64,000 bases of DNA from Anthoceros angustus (Eukaryota; Plantae; Anthocerotophyta): positions 62,001 through 126,000 of the forward strand of contig MU008186.1 of NCBI GenBank assembly GCA_010909165.1, written 5' to 3'. The translations under genes and the position numbers were made by a program. The notes under the pieces are model-generated. The model was given only the letters and a program-made list of their open reading frames with translations, did no database searches and had not been told where the DNA came from. Below, in pieces: positions 11,203-23,019 of this stretch (position 1 is its first letter; each line of letters opens with the position of its first letter).

Positions 11203-11918
11203 GATTGAATTTGCAAAGCGAAGGTCGTTGCACCTTGGTCACACTGTAATAATTCCTGTACATATTTTGGTAAAGGCCTCCTCCAGCTTTGTCCCACGCA
11301 GCTGCTTTGTCGACCTTTTCCTCGCCTTCGCAGAGACTTCAACATGCCAGGCTGAGTAGAGGGGCAGATGGCCAACATGCCAGCCTGTGCTTTGATCTCC
11401 AACTTGAGGCTCGAGAACATCGACTGCAGCTGAAAGAACAACAGCCAGAAGAACAATCTCTTTCACCAAGTCACTGCATTCATATCCTCAAAGCCGAAAA
11501 TCGATTTGCGGTGTCGCATGCAACTGGATGGGTGAAGCAACTGGTCTTCGATATCAGGCTGCAATTTTTGTCGTATCACCGAGTGGACGTTAGGCTCGCT
11601 ATTGTGGACCTTCGTTACCAAGGTGGAGCTCGTTCTTCAAATCTTGGCAGCATAGGCAGGTGCATTCGTCACGACGGTTCCGAAACTGAAAGGCAGACAT
11701 GTAGGGAAGCTGTTCCATAAGCAGGTTCTAGACGATGCTGCAGGGTAAAAGCTTGGGAGGGCTATGTACTGGTCGAAGGTACTCCGGAGCCTCCAATGGG
11801 CTAGTCACCATGTTCCCTCAAGGGCGGGGGGAACCCTCTCGCCATTAACTGTGCCATGGGCTGAATCCAATCGACTGAGTACCACTGCTTTCTCCGCTTG
11901 GCAGCTCACATCAGGATC

Positions 11919-14660
11919 ATGCAGATGTTGCATGAAGCTGTGGCATCCGCACTTTCTCCAGCTTCATCACAGGTTGGGAATCACAGCTCGCAGAGGAACC
12001 CTGAGCAGGCTTGCCTTCTTCAAAAATTATGCAAGGAAGAAAGGCTCAACGAGGTCATGGATGTGCTGGTGGGCCTGGACCAAGAAGCTTCAGTGCCAAT
12101 GTATGTGTCTCTTCTGCAAGTCTGCATCAGACGGAAGGCTCTGGATGAGGCCAAGCAGCTGCATTCCCATCTGGCAAAATATGGTTTAGAGTCGAACAGC
12201 GTTGTAGGAGAATGGGTTGTGAACACGCTGGTGAAGTGCGGGAGCCTAGTAGATGGGCTCTTGGTGTTCGGAAGATTGTCATCGAGAACGGCTTTCTCCT
12301 GGACGGCCATCTTGACAGGCCTTTGCAAGGCTGGGAAATTTCGGGAGGCTCTTAGATGGTATGTGCAGATGCTACAGGAAGGAGTTCGCCCAAACAGCAA
12401 TATCTTTGTCAGCTTAATCCAAGTTTGTGGCAGATTGGGAGACCTGGAAGAGGGCAGGCGGATTCATGCTGACGTAATCAGGTATGAGTGTGACTGCAAT
12501 GTGTTCGTGGGGACAACTCTTATAAATATGTATTCAAAGTGTGGTAGCATCGATGATGCTAGACAGGTGTTTGATGGATTGGCTTCACGGAATGTGGTGT
12601 CTTGGAACGCAATGCTTGCAGCATATGCCCAGCATGGTCAAGGAGAACAGACTTTGCTGCTGTATGACCAAATGCTGGAAGATGGAATGGATCCAAATGA
12701 ACGAACATTTGTCAGTGTGCTTCAAGCCTGCGCAGGCATGGCAGATAGGGAAGAGAGCATCCTTGTAGGTGAGCTGTCCATCAAACTGGAATCTCTAGCT
12801 ATTGGAAAGGCACTACATGCTGAAGCTGCCTGGTTAGGTTACGAGGCGGATGTTTTTGTGGGCAGCAATCTGGTGAGTTTGTACTCAAAGTGTGGGAGCT
12901 TCACAGACGCTCAACATGTTTTCAACCACCTCCCCCGGCGGAATGTTGTGGCTTGGAATGTGATGCTTGCAGCATTTTCTCGTCACGATCAAGAAGAAAC
13001 AGCATTGCAGTTATATGGTCAAATGGAAGAAGAAGGCGTCACTCCAAGCAGTCGAACCCTGATCGTTGCTCTCCAAGCATGCATAGCTCTTGCAGCGAAG
13101 GAAGAAGGCATGCTTGAAAATAGCTATCCTATGAAAGTGGGGTCGTTACAGAAGGGGAAGATACTACATGCTGATGCTGCTCGGAGGGATTATCATTCTG
13201 ATGTATTTGTTGGTAGCACGCTTGTGAATCTGTACTCAAAGTGTGGAAGTCTTGTGGACTCCCAACTTGTGTTCGACAAACTCCCCAAGAGGGATGTTGT
13301 GGCATGGAGTGGGATTCTTGCAGCATACGCTCAGCAAGAGCATGGGGAGAAAGCTTTGCAACTTTTCAGCCAAATGCAAGAGGTGGGCGTCACCCCTAAT
13401 GCTTGGACTTTGGTCAGTGCCATACAGGCATGTGGCAGTCTTGCAGAAAAGGAGGTGGAGAGCGTTCTTGTTGATGGCCAATCCATCAAATTGGAGTCGC
13501 TGCACAAGGGAAGGGCATTGCATTCTGAAGCTGATTCGAGGGGTTATGGATCAAATGTATTTGTTGGCAACACTCTGATAAGCATGTATGCAAAGTGTGG
13601 AAGCATGGTAGATGCTGAACTTGTATTTGCCGGGCTGCCTCAGAGGAGTGTGGTTTCATTCAATGCAATGCTTGCAGCATATGCTGAGCAGGAGCAAGGA
13701 GTAAAGGCTTTGCAACTCTATGAAGAGATGAAAGCAAGTGGTTTGAAAGCAAACGACGTCACTTTCCGGTTCATTCTAGCCGCTTGCAGCAAGATTGGAG
13801 CCTTGAACAACTGTTTCCAAATCCACCGAGATATCGTGGATGGTGGGTTCGAGTTAGATCCTGCTGTGGTGACCTCTCTTATTCATGCATACGGCAAGTG
13901 TGGGAGCATGTTGGATGCTCAACGTGTGTTCGACTCACTGCCCCAGCACACTTTACATTCATGGACCGCGATGATTGCTGGGTATGCGAGACAAGGGCAG
14001 TATGAGAGAAGCATTCGATGCTATGAGCAAATGTCTGTCTCAGGCCTCAAGCCAAATGGGATTACGTTTCTCTCAGTCCTGACTGCATGCAGTCATGCTG
14101 GGCTGGTGGATGAAGGCCTCAAGTACTTCAACTGCATGACCAGCTATCATGGGATTCCTGCGGAGATAGAGCATTATGCATGCTTGATTGACCTCCTTGG
14201 TCGTGCTGGACTCCTCGGCCAGGCAGAAAAGCTGCTTCTAGGAATGCCCATGGAGCCTACATTGCCTATCTGGATTTCATTGCTTGGAGCCTGCCGGAAG
14301 CATGGGAATGTGGAGATGGGTAGATGGGCCTTCGAGTGTGCAGCCCAACTGCAGCCAAGCTGCGGTGCAGCCTATCTGCTCATGTCCAATATCTATGCTC
14401 AGGCTGGAATGTGGGACTACGCAAATGACATAGCTGAGATGGAACTGGGTGCGGGTGCATGGAACTACAAGCCTGCTAAAAGCTGGGTAGAGGTGAATGA
14501 GAACATCCACACATTCACCACGGGCTCAGATGTCCTGCATCCAGAGCTGCTTGACCTGCTTGAGGAGCTGAGCTCCGACCTCGGGACAGCTGGTAAACTC
14601 AACGTGCCCTTCGGCAGATTGAAGGCGAATCAGTTGCTCACTCACTCACAAAAGCTCTAG
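11919..14660 (+). CDS. PLS-class PPR protein with E1/E2 and a truncated KP-like C-terminus (organellar RNA editing factor)
   Basis: Repeating P-L-S motifs (VVSWNAMLAAYAQHG / FVSVLQAC / VFVGSNLVSLYSKCGS), P2-L2-S2, E1/E2 (WISLLGACRKHG, AYLLMSNIYAQAG), then KPAKSWVEV. No HxE/CxxC. The tracked ORF starts at TTG 11898; the first ATG is 11919. Confidence 0.9.
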   Translation: MQMLHEAVASALSPASSQVGNHSSQRNPEQACLLQKLCKEERLNEVMDVLVGLDQEASVPMYVSLLQVCIRRKALDEAKQLHSHLAKYGLESNSVVGEWVVNTLVKCGSLVDGLLVFGRLSSRTAFSWTAILTGLCKAGKFREALRWYVQMLQEGVRPNSNIFVSLIQVCGRLGDLEEGRRIHADVIRYECDCNVFVGTTLINMYSKCGSIDDARQVFDGLASRNVVSWNAMLAAYAQHGQGEQTLLLYDQMLEDGMDPNERTFVSVLQACAGMADREESILVGELSIKLESLAIGKALHAEAAWLGYEADVFVGSNLVSLYSKCGSFTDAQHVFNHLPRRNVVAWNVMLAAFSRHDQEETALQLYGQMEEEGVTPSSRTLIVALQACIALAAKEEGMLENSYPMKVGSLQKGKILHADAARRDYHSDVFVGSTLVNLYSKCGSLVDSQLVFDKLPKRDVVAWSGILAAYAQQEHGEKALQLFSQMQEVGVTPNAWTLVSAIQACGSLAEKEVESVLVDGQSIKLESLHKGRALHSEADSRGYGSNVFVGNTLISMYAKCGSMVDAELVFAGLPQRSVVSFNAMLAAYAEQEQGVKALQLYEEMKASGLKANDVTFRFILAACSKIGALNNCFQIHRDIVDGGFELDPAVVTSLIHAYGKCGSMLDAQRVFDSLPQHTLHSWTAMIAGYARQGQYERSIRCYEQMSVSGLKPNGITFLSVLTACSHAGLVDEGLKYFNCMTSYHGIPAEIEHYACLIDLLGRAGLLGQAEKLLLGMPMEPTLPIWISLLGACRKHGNVEMGRWAFECAAQLQPSCGAAYLLMSNIYAQAGMWDYANDIAEMELGAGAWNYKPAKSWVEVNENIHTFTTGSDVLHPELLDLLEELSSDLGTAGKLNVPFGRLKANQLLTHSQKL

Positions 14661-15057
14661 CAAATCAAGGCACAAGCAGTTAAAGATTTGCTTTGATAAC
14701 AAAGGAAGAAGACGTGTTCAAGCGCATTACATGGATAAGAGCATGTCGCGGACATGAACAACATGGCCACGGTGCCAAAGCTGATCTTTTCCGCGGGGTC
14801 CACATTTGGTTTGCCGTCGCAAACATTTGAAGATGATAGAATAACGATAAATGGTGCGAGTGTATGGTGTGTTCTACATAAGGGCTCTAGGTGACATCGA
14901 GACCTGGACGGCAAGGAAGTGGCTAAGGAAAATCCAGCACTAGTGTGCTGAATTTCAGGCCTCTTGGCTCGCGCGACTCCAGCGTCTAGCCCCTTTCAGC
15001 TTGAAGCTCAGGAGCTTCTCTGGCAGTTCGCACGAGGGTTTTCTTTTCCCTGCAGGC

Positions 15058-16297
15058 ATGGATTTGCGACAAGAGATCCAGAAGCAAACTGAATTCACAG
15101 TCGATTTTTATAAGCGGATTGCCGATCAGCATCTTGGCTCGAATGTTGCGGTTTCTGCCATCAGTCTGTCCATCACGCTGGCTTCGGCAGCAGCTGGAGC
15201 CCGAGGATCTACTCGTGATCAGTTCCACTCCAGCAGCTTGAGGCTGCCAGGCGGGGATTTTCTGCATGAGTTTGCCGACCAGCTGAAGTCCCAGGTTCTT
15301 GCGGACGGCAGCAGCAATGGAGGACCTGTGCTAGCGCTTGCAAACGGTGTTTGGATGGAGAAGACGTTAGAATTGAAGCCACGTTTCCTACAGATCTTGA
15401 AGGAAAAGCATCACAGTGAGACGCGGCCATCGGACTTCCTGCACAAGGTATGTTGGTCGGTAGTGGGCTCTGCCTCGTGTATTGAGCCCACTGGCGAGCA
15501 TTGTGAAGCATGGTGGTCGATTACGATGAATGCAGGCAGAGGATGTGAGGAGGGATGTGAATGCCTGGGCAGAGGAGCACACGCAAGGCAGGATCAAGGA
15601 CCTGCTGCCGCCAGGTGGTGTGGACAGGGACACCGGGCTGGTGTTGGCCAATGCCATCTACTTCAAGGGCAGATGGAGGGAGCCATTTCTTGCTTCGGAT
15701 ACCAAGAATGACACCTTCTACCGGCTGGATGGAACAACCGTGACTGTGCCCATGATGACCAGCAGGAAGGATCAGTATTTGAGCCATTTCCATGAAGACG
15801 GGTACAAAGTGCTTCGGCTTCCTTATGCCCAAGGAAGGGATAGTAGGTCCTTCTCCATGTACTTCTTGCTGCCTGATCAAAGGACTGGACTGCCTGATCT
15901 GGAGAGAAAGCTGGACCCATCGTTTTTGGGACAGAAGTTGGACAGGCTGCACAAAGGTCCAGTTTCTGAGTTCAAGCTTCCACGGTTCAAGATCTCTTCC
16001 CAGCTCGACGTCCCGAGTGTGCTCAAGAGTCTGGGTCTGGAGCTGCCTTTCTCTCAGCAGGCAGACTTCGGTGACCTGGTGGAGGCCCCCGTGTGCCTGT
16101 CAAATGTCTTCCACAAGGCTTTCGTCGAAGTGAACGAGGAGGGCACAGAAGCAGCTGCTGCCACAGCTGTTACCATATCCCTGTTGTCTTACACTCCACC
16201 TCAACACTTTGTTGCAGATCATCCATTTCTGTTCGTCATCAAGGAAGACCAGACTGGGTTGGTGTTGTTTGTGGGCAAGGTGACAAGCCCAGCATGA
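15058..16297 (+). CDS. Serpin, copy 1 (exons 15058-15447, 15536-16297); RCL P2-P1-P1' = Leu-Leu-Ser
   Basis: Motifs [28 protein letters not shown] and [13 protein letters not shown]. One 88-nt GT-AG phase-0 intron joins the two ORFs. Confidence 0.93.
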
Positions 16298-16705
16298 ATC
16301 ATGGCATTAGCAGCCCGCTCCACTCCTTGAAGGAACCTGTGACAAGCCCATGAATTCAAGTAGCTGCAGCCTGCAGTCTTTGTGTGAGGAAGTGTTCGAA
16401 TACTGCACAGCATAGGGGCTTGACAGGCTGACACTGGGCAAAAACTTTCGAAACCCTGGCCGCTTCTCAACAGAACGCTGATTGTTCGTAAAAAAGATGC
16501 CAAGGACAACGCAGTTTATCCCACAATGGTCACCATGTTGTAGAAGGCCAGCCACGAGGACCAACGGGACGCAGCCATGTGGAGCGTGACACGTACTTGC
16601 GTCCCCCATCTTCAGCTTCACAAACTTTCTCACAAGAGGCAGCGAGTTGGCTGCCTTGTTTGTGATCCCGGCAGATTGCATCTGGGTCGGCATCATCCTC
16701 CCGGA

Positions 16706-17971
16706 ATGGATTTGGTGGCAGAGATCCAGAAGCAGACCGAGCTTGCGGTGGATCTGTACAAGCGGCTCGCAGAGAAGCACCCTGGCACCAATGTGGCTGT
16801 CTCTCCGATCAGCATAGCCGTGACTCTGTCCATGGTGGCAGCTGGAGCTCGGGGCCCTACCCTCGACCAGTTTCACTCTAGCCTGAAGCTGCCAACCGGT
16901 GATCTGTTGCATGAGTTTGCAGCCCAGGTCAAAGCTCTCATTCTTGCCGATGCCGGCAGCAGCGGAGGGCCTTCCCTGGTGGTTGCAAACAGCGTGTGGG
17001 TGGAGAAGGGGTTGAACTTGAAGCCACCCTTCCTGCAGATCCTGAAGGAAAAGTACCACAGTGAAGCACGGCAGTCAGACTTCCTTCACCAGGTACGGCT
17101 TCAGACTGGGTTCCTTGGCACTCTTTCTTGGCAGATCGGGTCGTGGGGATGGCGCATTGTAAAGAGCTACCTGTCATGGTGAAGTGTGCAGGCAGAGGAT
17201 GCAAGGAAGGACGTGAATAACTGGGCAGAGGAGCACACCCAAGGCAAGATCAAGGACTTGCTGCCACCGGGAAGTGTGGATAGCGACACACGGTTGGTGC
17301 TGGCCAATGCCATCTACTTCAAGGGGACATGGGAGCATCCGTTCGCTGATTCCGACACCAAGGACGACACCTTCTACTTGCTGGATGGAAAAACGGTAAC
17401 AGTTCCCATGATGACCAGCACCAAGGAGCAGCACATCGGCCACTTTCCTACCCACGGATACAAAGCTCTTCGGCTGCCATATGCTCAAGGCAGTGACAAC
17501 AGGTCCTTCTCCATGTACTTCCTGTTGCCTGACGAGAGGATGGGGCTGCCTGACTTGGAGAAAACGCTGGACCCAGCAGCTCTGCACGAAAGCCTGCCCC
17601 GGCTGAGAAAAGGTCCTGTTTCTGAGTTCAAGCTTCCACGATTCAAGATCTCCTCCCACTTCGACGTCCCTGATGTGCTCAAAAGTATGGGGTTGGTGCT
17701 TCCTTTCTCTGACAAGGCAGACTTCTCTGACCTGGTGGAGGCCCCTGTGTCCCTCTCGGATGTGTTCCACAAGGCTTTTGTACAGGTGAACGAGGAAGGA
17801 ACAGAGGCTGCTGCTGCCACAGGTGCCACCATGATGCTTAAATCGCTGCGTATGCCTCAAGAGCCTCAAAGCTTTGTTGCAGATCATCCGTTCCTCTTCG
17901 TCATCAAGGAAGACCGTACTGGTCTTGTATTGTTTGTAGGGAAGGTGACACACCCCTTGATGGATGCATAG
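16706..17971 (+). CDS. Serpin, copy 2 (exons 16706-17092, 17192-17971); RCL P2-P1-P1' = Leu-Lys-Ser
   Basis: Same serpin motifs as copy 1 and a 99-nt intron at the identical position; tandem paralog. Confidence 0.93.
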
Positions 17972-19320
17972 CCTCAAACTGGTTTGTGTGGGTACTACCC
18001 AGTAGATTGTTCTTTTGGTGCAAACTACTTCTATTTCAATTCGAAAGACAAGGATTAAAACAAGGACCGATAACGCAACCACTAACCCACCAATTGGCAG
18101 CTTGGGTGGGGAAGCTCATGTTACATACATGAGAACTCCATGCTTTTCAGTTTGGGGTGCGTGGTACAGGGAACAAGTCCTCAGACTGCAGCAACCATCG
18201 AATTCATGGGGGCACAGGAGATTAGTCTGACTCGCTGAGACCCCAAAAGGCAAAAAGCCTCCACTCTTTTCCTTTTGCATCGATTCCGGACCGGGGACCC
18301 TGGAAATGCTTTCGCAAGGCTCTTGCGAATGCGCAATTCATCAACGGAAAAACACAATGCCATCTTCGTGTGCTGTTCAAGGCCATCTTGGTGCCCTCCT
18401 CTGGTTGACATAGGTTTAGCGGCGACGGCGCGTCCACCGCCTGGCCTCCCGCTCCGCCCTCTTCCCTCCTGCCCTCGGTAGCCCGGTTAAAGTAACCTCT
18501 GGTTACTGGTTATTCTCACCGAGAGGGGCTGGGAGTAACCCATGTGTTCGGGACGATGCGGCTGCCATGATCTCCCCAATTTCTGCCCTCCACATACTTG
18601 CAACGAGAAAATCTGTTGTCCCCTGTCAGAACACCTACTCAACAAACTGTAAGCATGACATAAGTCTAACAAAGTTCAGTTGTAGATGACGTCCACGCAA
18701 TTGCTATGCTCGAGTGAAGCATGACAACGTTGAAAAGAAATACGAACACTTCTGACTTGAAACGATGTGGATAACCGATAGTGAAGACCAGTTGAGATAA
18801 ATACTCGTTGGAAGAGAGCTGAAGGTGAAGTCTGAAAGGGAATTATATCTTCATGTTCCAAGACCGTCGATGCTCTCAGGATTTTGCGGATGATAGACAC
18901 TCTAGCAACTGTTTGGGCCACTCAGCGTTCTGGAACTGGTGGAATACTTGTCCATCCAGCCAGGAGCTGTTCCAAAGGAGGTGCCCCCGTGTGAGACTTG
19001 GGTGCCATGGCAGTGCCTAGCTGCTGCCTAGTAGATGTGCAAGAAAGACTATATTTCTAGAGGCAAAAGTGGAGCGTCTGCGCCTGGAATTTAAAGTCTT
19101 TGCATGTCAGAGTTGATCACCTAGGCTCTATGACTTTGATGGTTGCCAGGCATACTACTTCTAGGCGAACTTTTTATTGTGGATGGGGTGATCTTGGTGT
19201 TGAGCATTGCTTGTTTGCAGCTTACAGAAATGAAAGGTTATGAGACCAGTAAACATACCCTAGCATGTTCTGGTGGAGCGGGCCCACAGCATGGTTGTGC
19301 AATTGCCCGAGCCCCAGGCA

Positions 19321-20250
19321 TGTGAGGAGGCGCAAGAGCCCTATGCTGATGTGTATGGTGAAGAAGCCTTGGCTGAAGTCTCAATACGTGCAGCTGGCCT
19401 AACTGGGCGGGTGTCAAAGAGCAGCTTGCTCACGCTGCAGGTCAGGATTAGGATAGCTGCTTTGTGCGAGGATGATTTAGAAGAGGATTTCGATCCTGAT
19501 GAGTATGACAAGAAGATGGCTGAGGCGTTTGGTGATGCCTACTATATATGGTGGCCAAGGTGTTGACAACAGATCAATGAGGAGGATGCTGATGGTCTTG
19601 ATGAAACAGACGGCATGGAGAAACCTAGCTTCGAGGCTGAAGACGAGCTGTTTGGAACTGCCCAAGGACTGGGAGAGTGGACCCAAGACTGGCTTTGCAG
19701 TTGTCTACGCGAAGCAGAAGAAAGTCGGTGCTTCTGCTTCTGCAGAAAAGAAGAAAACCCCGAAAATCTCTCTCAAGGACAAGCTGAAAAGAAACTGGAC
19801 GAGGACTACAAGCTGGACTACGAAGACATGGTGGGGGATTTGCCAACGAGGTTCAAGTACACGAATGTCAAACCAAATCTGTCTCAAGCCAATGATATCT
19901 TAAATGCAGATGACCAGGAGCTAAATGAACATGTGTCTTTAAAGGAACTCGCCCCATATCGGACTGAAGAGCGGGAGGTTCCACACGTCTTCGCCAGCAG
20001 CGTTTGAGTAGGAAGGACAGGGAAAAGAGATCCTTGGATGTTATCCCGAGGTACAGCAGTAGTGGCAAAGAACAGAAATCAAATGCTGATGCGAATAGTG
20101 CTCCAGCAAATACCAGTACAGGTATGAGGTTAAATCGCACTGCGTCGATGGCAACCAACCCGGAGAAGGGAAGCCAGCTGCATGATAGCCGGAGAAGGCA
20201 ATGAGATCAGCGCCAAGAAGAACAGGAATAAAAAGGAGGAGACAGAAAGG
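19321..20250 (+). pseudogene. KRI1: KRI1-like (ribosome biogenesis) pseudogene, frameshifted
   Basis: KRI1-like segments lie in alternating frames: EDDLEEDFDPDEYDKKMAEAFGDAYY; EKPSFEAEDEL / ELPKDWE; ISLKDK / KLDEDYKLDYEDMVGDLPTRFKY...DILNADDQELNEHVSLKELAPYR. At least three frameshifts and no intact start. Confidence 0.8.
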
Positions 20251-21479
20251 TCCTAACCTCCCCCTGTCTCGGTTACCAACTTATGGAAAGATTAAACCTC
20301 CTGCGAAAAAGCGGTTGCACCATCCAATCGATGGCCTGCAAAGCTTGCAAACACTGACGAGTCCCTTATGGGCTTGGCCACAATTGATGTGGTGACATTG
20401 ACAGGGCGCTGATTGCTGGGTATGTGCCCAATAAGGGGTAAGGGCTCGACATGAGGCGCTTGTTGTGCGTGGATGTCAAAGTCTCGTCCAGAGCTCGCCT
20501 CATCCCGACCTATAGTAAGCTTAATTCCTAAAGCAGACTACTTCCTTAAGCTCTAAACTATGTCTCACCACCACTAACGACATAACTTACCAGGGCTGCA
20601 TAACTCTCCTTACTAATACATGGAATTTTTAATATATATATAATAAAATTTTAAAAACAATAAATATTTTACGATTAAACTTCTTAAACCATGGAAAAGC
20701 ACATACAGGGCAATCATAACAACAATAACAATAAAAAAAAGTTAGGAAAATCCAACTACGTGCTCCAAAAAAATTTTATGAAAACTCTTCTCTTTAATTG
20801 GGACTAGGCGCAACCATTGAAGCCTTGTGACCACTTATCTCGAGAGGCCTTGCTTTCCTTGTAGAATGCATGGCACTCAGAGGGTCGGTCTTCAGTAAGA
20901 AGTGGAAAATTAATACATAAGTTAGCAAATGGTAGCCATATAATTGAGATTCTTACATAATATAGTATAAAAAATATAGAACGTTTTTGCCAAAAACAAA
21001 TGGTAGCCATATAATTGAGAGGATAAAGAGCTATGTGACCCTCTAACAATTTCAAAACTTTCATCATCATTAGGAAAGGCCATATCATGCACCATTGCGA
21101 GAATGGCCTGATGGTTAGCTATCACGCTACTCATACTAGCGAGCAAACTTGGTCTTCACATCCTTTTGCAACTGCCGCTTGATCTTTAGTCTGCATCGTG
21201 CTTTTTTAAGCAAAGCATGTGGAGCTATCTTTGCTCCATAAGTCATGCTTCTCGCAAAAGCCTCCTTCATGTCGCCACCACCCACTTTCCACAATCCGTC
21301 TGAAGCCGCACTCGCAGGTGTGTGTCGCACGAGGTAAAGCACTTGCATTCATATGAGCACTTCCTCAACACACAACCAAGCAAAACAAATCTAATACGCA
21401 AGTATAGGTGCAAACTAATCCGCCCCTTGATAACATGAAACTCCAAGTCAAACATTATGATTAGTAGGACTACACATGT

Positions 21480-21870
21480 ACGCACCTCATGTAGTGCATT
21501 ATGCATAAAACCAATCTTTCTTCGGGAATGTCGTCAAGGTGGTTGAACACAAAACATATGGTATCCCCTAGTGCACCGATCATAAAGAAGCATCACATCA
21601 TCATCATCAATACGTCCACAAACCTGACACTCCAGGTCTTTGGATGGACGCCACATTGTAGGCTGCAATTGAGGGTCTAAATTGGGTAAGTGGCGTGGTG
21701 CGCAGTTCTTGAGGTGATCCTTCCATCTTCGGCCATCAAATCCTTCAAAATCAAGCACTCCATCTTTGCCTACTCGCATGACGCGCAAGATGACTCTGCT
21801 ACTCCTCCTTGGCACAAACACACTCTCCCCATGAGAACTACATACAAATTCCACACAAATCGTTCTCAGA
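21480..21870 (-). mobile_element. Degenerate Ty3/Gypsy integrase C-terminal region with PHD finger
   Basis: ILRVMRVGKDGVLDFEGFDGRRWKDHLKNCAPRHLPNLDP followed by CQVCG...MLLYDRC..GYHMFC..PP and, after a frameshift, LTTFPKKDWF. This resembles the int-PHD tail of algal and early-land-plant Gypsy elements, and lies in AT-rich DNA. Confidence 0.65.
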
Positions 21871-23019
21871 GTCATAGCTTTGGCCTCTTCATAACACTCT
21901 TGCATCAGATATCCTATGATGGCACTCGAGCCCTCGCAAGCATATACTACCAAGACCAAGATATTCCTAAGATATCCTATTGGCATCATCATATGCCAGA
22001 AATATCCTAAGAATATACTATAGTATGCAAGGAATATACTAACGCATATTACTTGTGCTTATCTACTTAGCTATTGCTAACCATGTTTACTTTAACACTA
22101 ATTAATCAATTCTTAATTAACATAAGTGCTTTAGAATAATTACTACTAATTACTCACTTAAAGATAAGTAATTAAATTAATTAATTCTAATCAAGCACTA
22201 AACCCAAATGCAGAGATTAGTGTCACACGGCATGACATGTGCCGAAGTTGTCTGTGCTCCAGTCTATCTTATGGGATCATCTTACTTTATCTTACAATTA
22301 TAATTACTGTGACAGTGAAATCTGATAAAGACTTATTCTGTTTTACAATATATACATAAGACTTATATACATAATTTTATAATAAATAGGTAATTACATG
22401 TTATGTAATTACATTTTTCGTTATCGTAAGATGTAACTATGAAATACCATTTTACCTTACAATAGTAATAACTACCATAATAACTACGGTGCAGGGGTCA
22501 TATATTGAAGGACCAAACCACCGGAATATATGCTCAAGGTTGGTGAGTTCAAATTATGGGCAAAAATTAATATATCGAGTAATATGTATCATCAAAGACG
22601 CGTTTCGAGTAGATTTGTCATTCTAGGGTTATTATGGCTAACATGTTCTATATTGTGTTCTACTCACCATTTTTTGGATAAAATGTTCTATATTTTTAGT
22701 ATGCCGAGGGGGCTTGTCCATGATCACAGTCATTATATCATCCTCTGCGCGCACACACCACAGATATTACAAGAATTAGACCATTAATTAATATTTAAAC
22801 CGCATGTTTCAATAGAAAAACCAACATATTATTTATATACCAAAAATAAAAAACAGAATACATTATAATATTCATATACCACAAATAAGAAAACAATATA
22901 TTATAGTGTATCCAAACCAAAATATTATTTATAAATTATAATAATGAAGACAATGCAGTATATTGCATCCAAAAGCCACATATTGTGTATATGTGGAGCC
23001 TCCAAATGGCTTAGGCCAA

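Noticed and set aside
16307-18082. 250-aa and 302-aa minus-strand ORFs
   Set aside because: Antisense shadows of serpin copy 2.
18180-19000. Possible decayed coding fragments between serpin 2 and KRI1
   Set aside because: Short frames with stops on both strands and no identifiable family.
22995-23008. 14-bp match GGAGCCTCCAAATG shared with 59774-59787
   Set aside because: Too short, and the flanks do not align convincingly; cannot support a shared element without a search.
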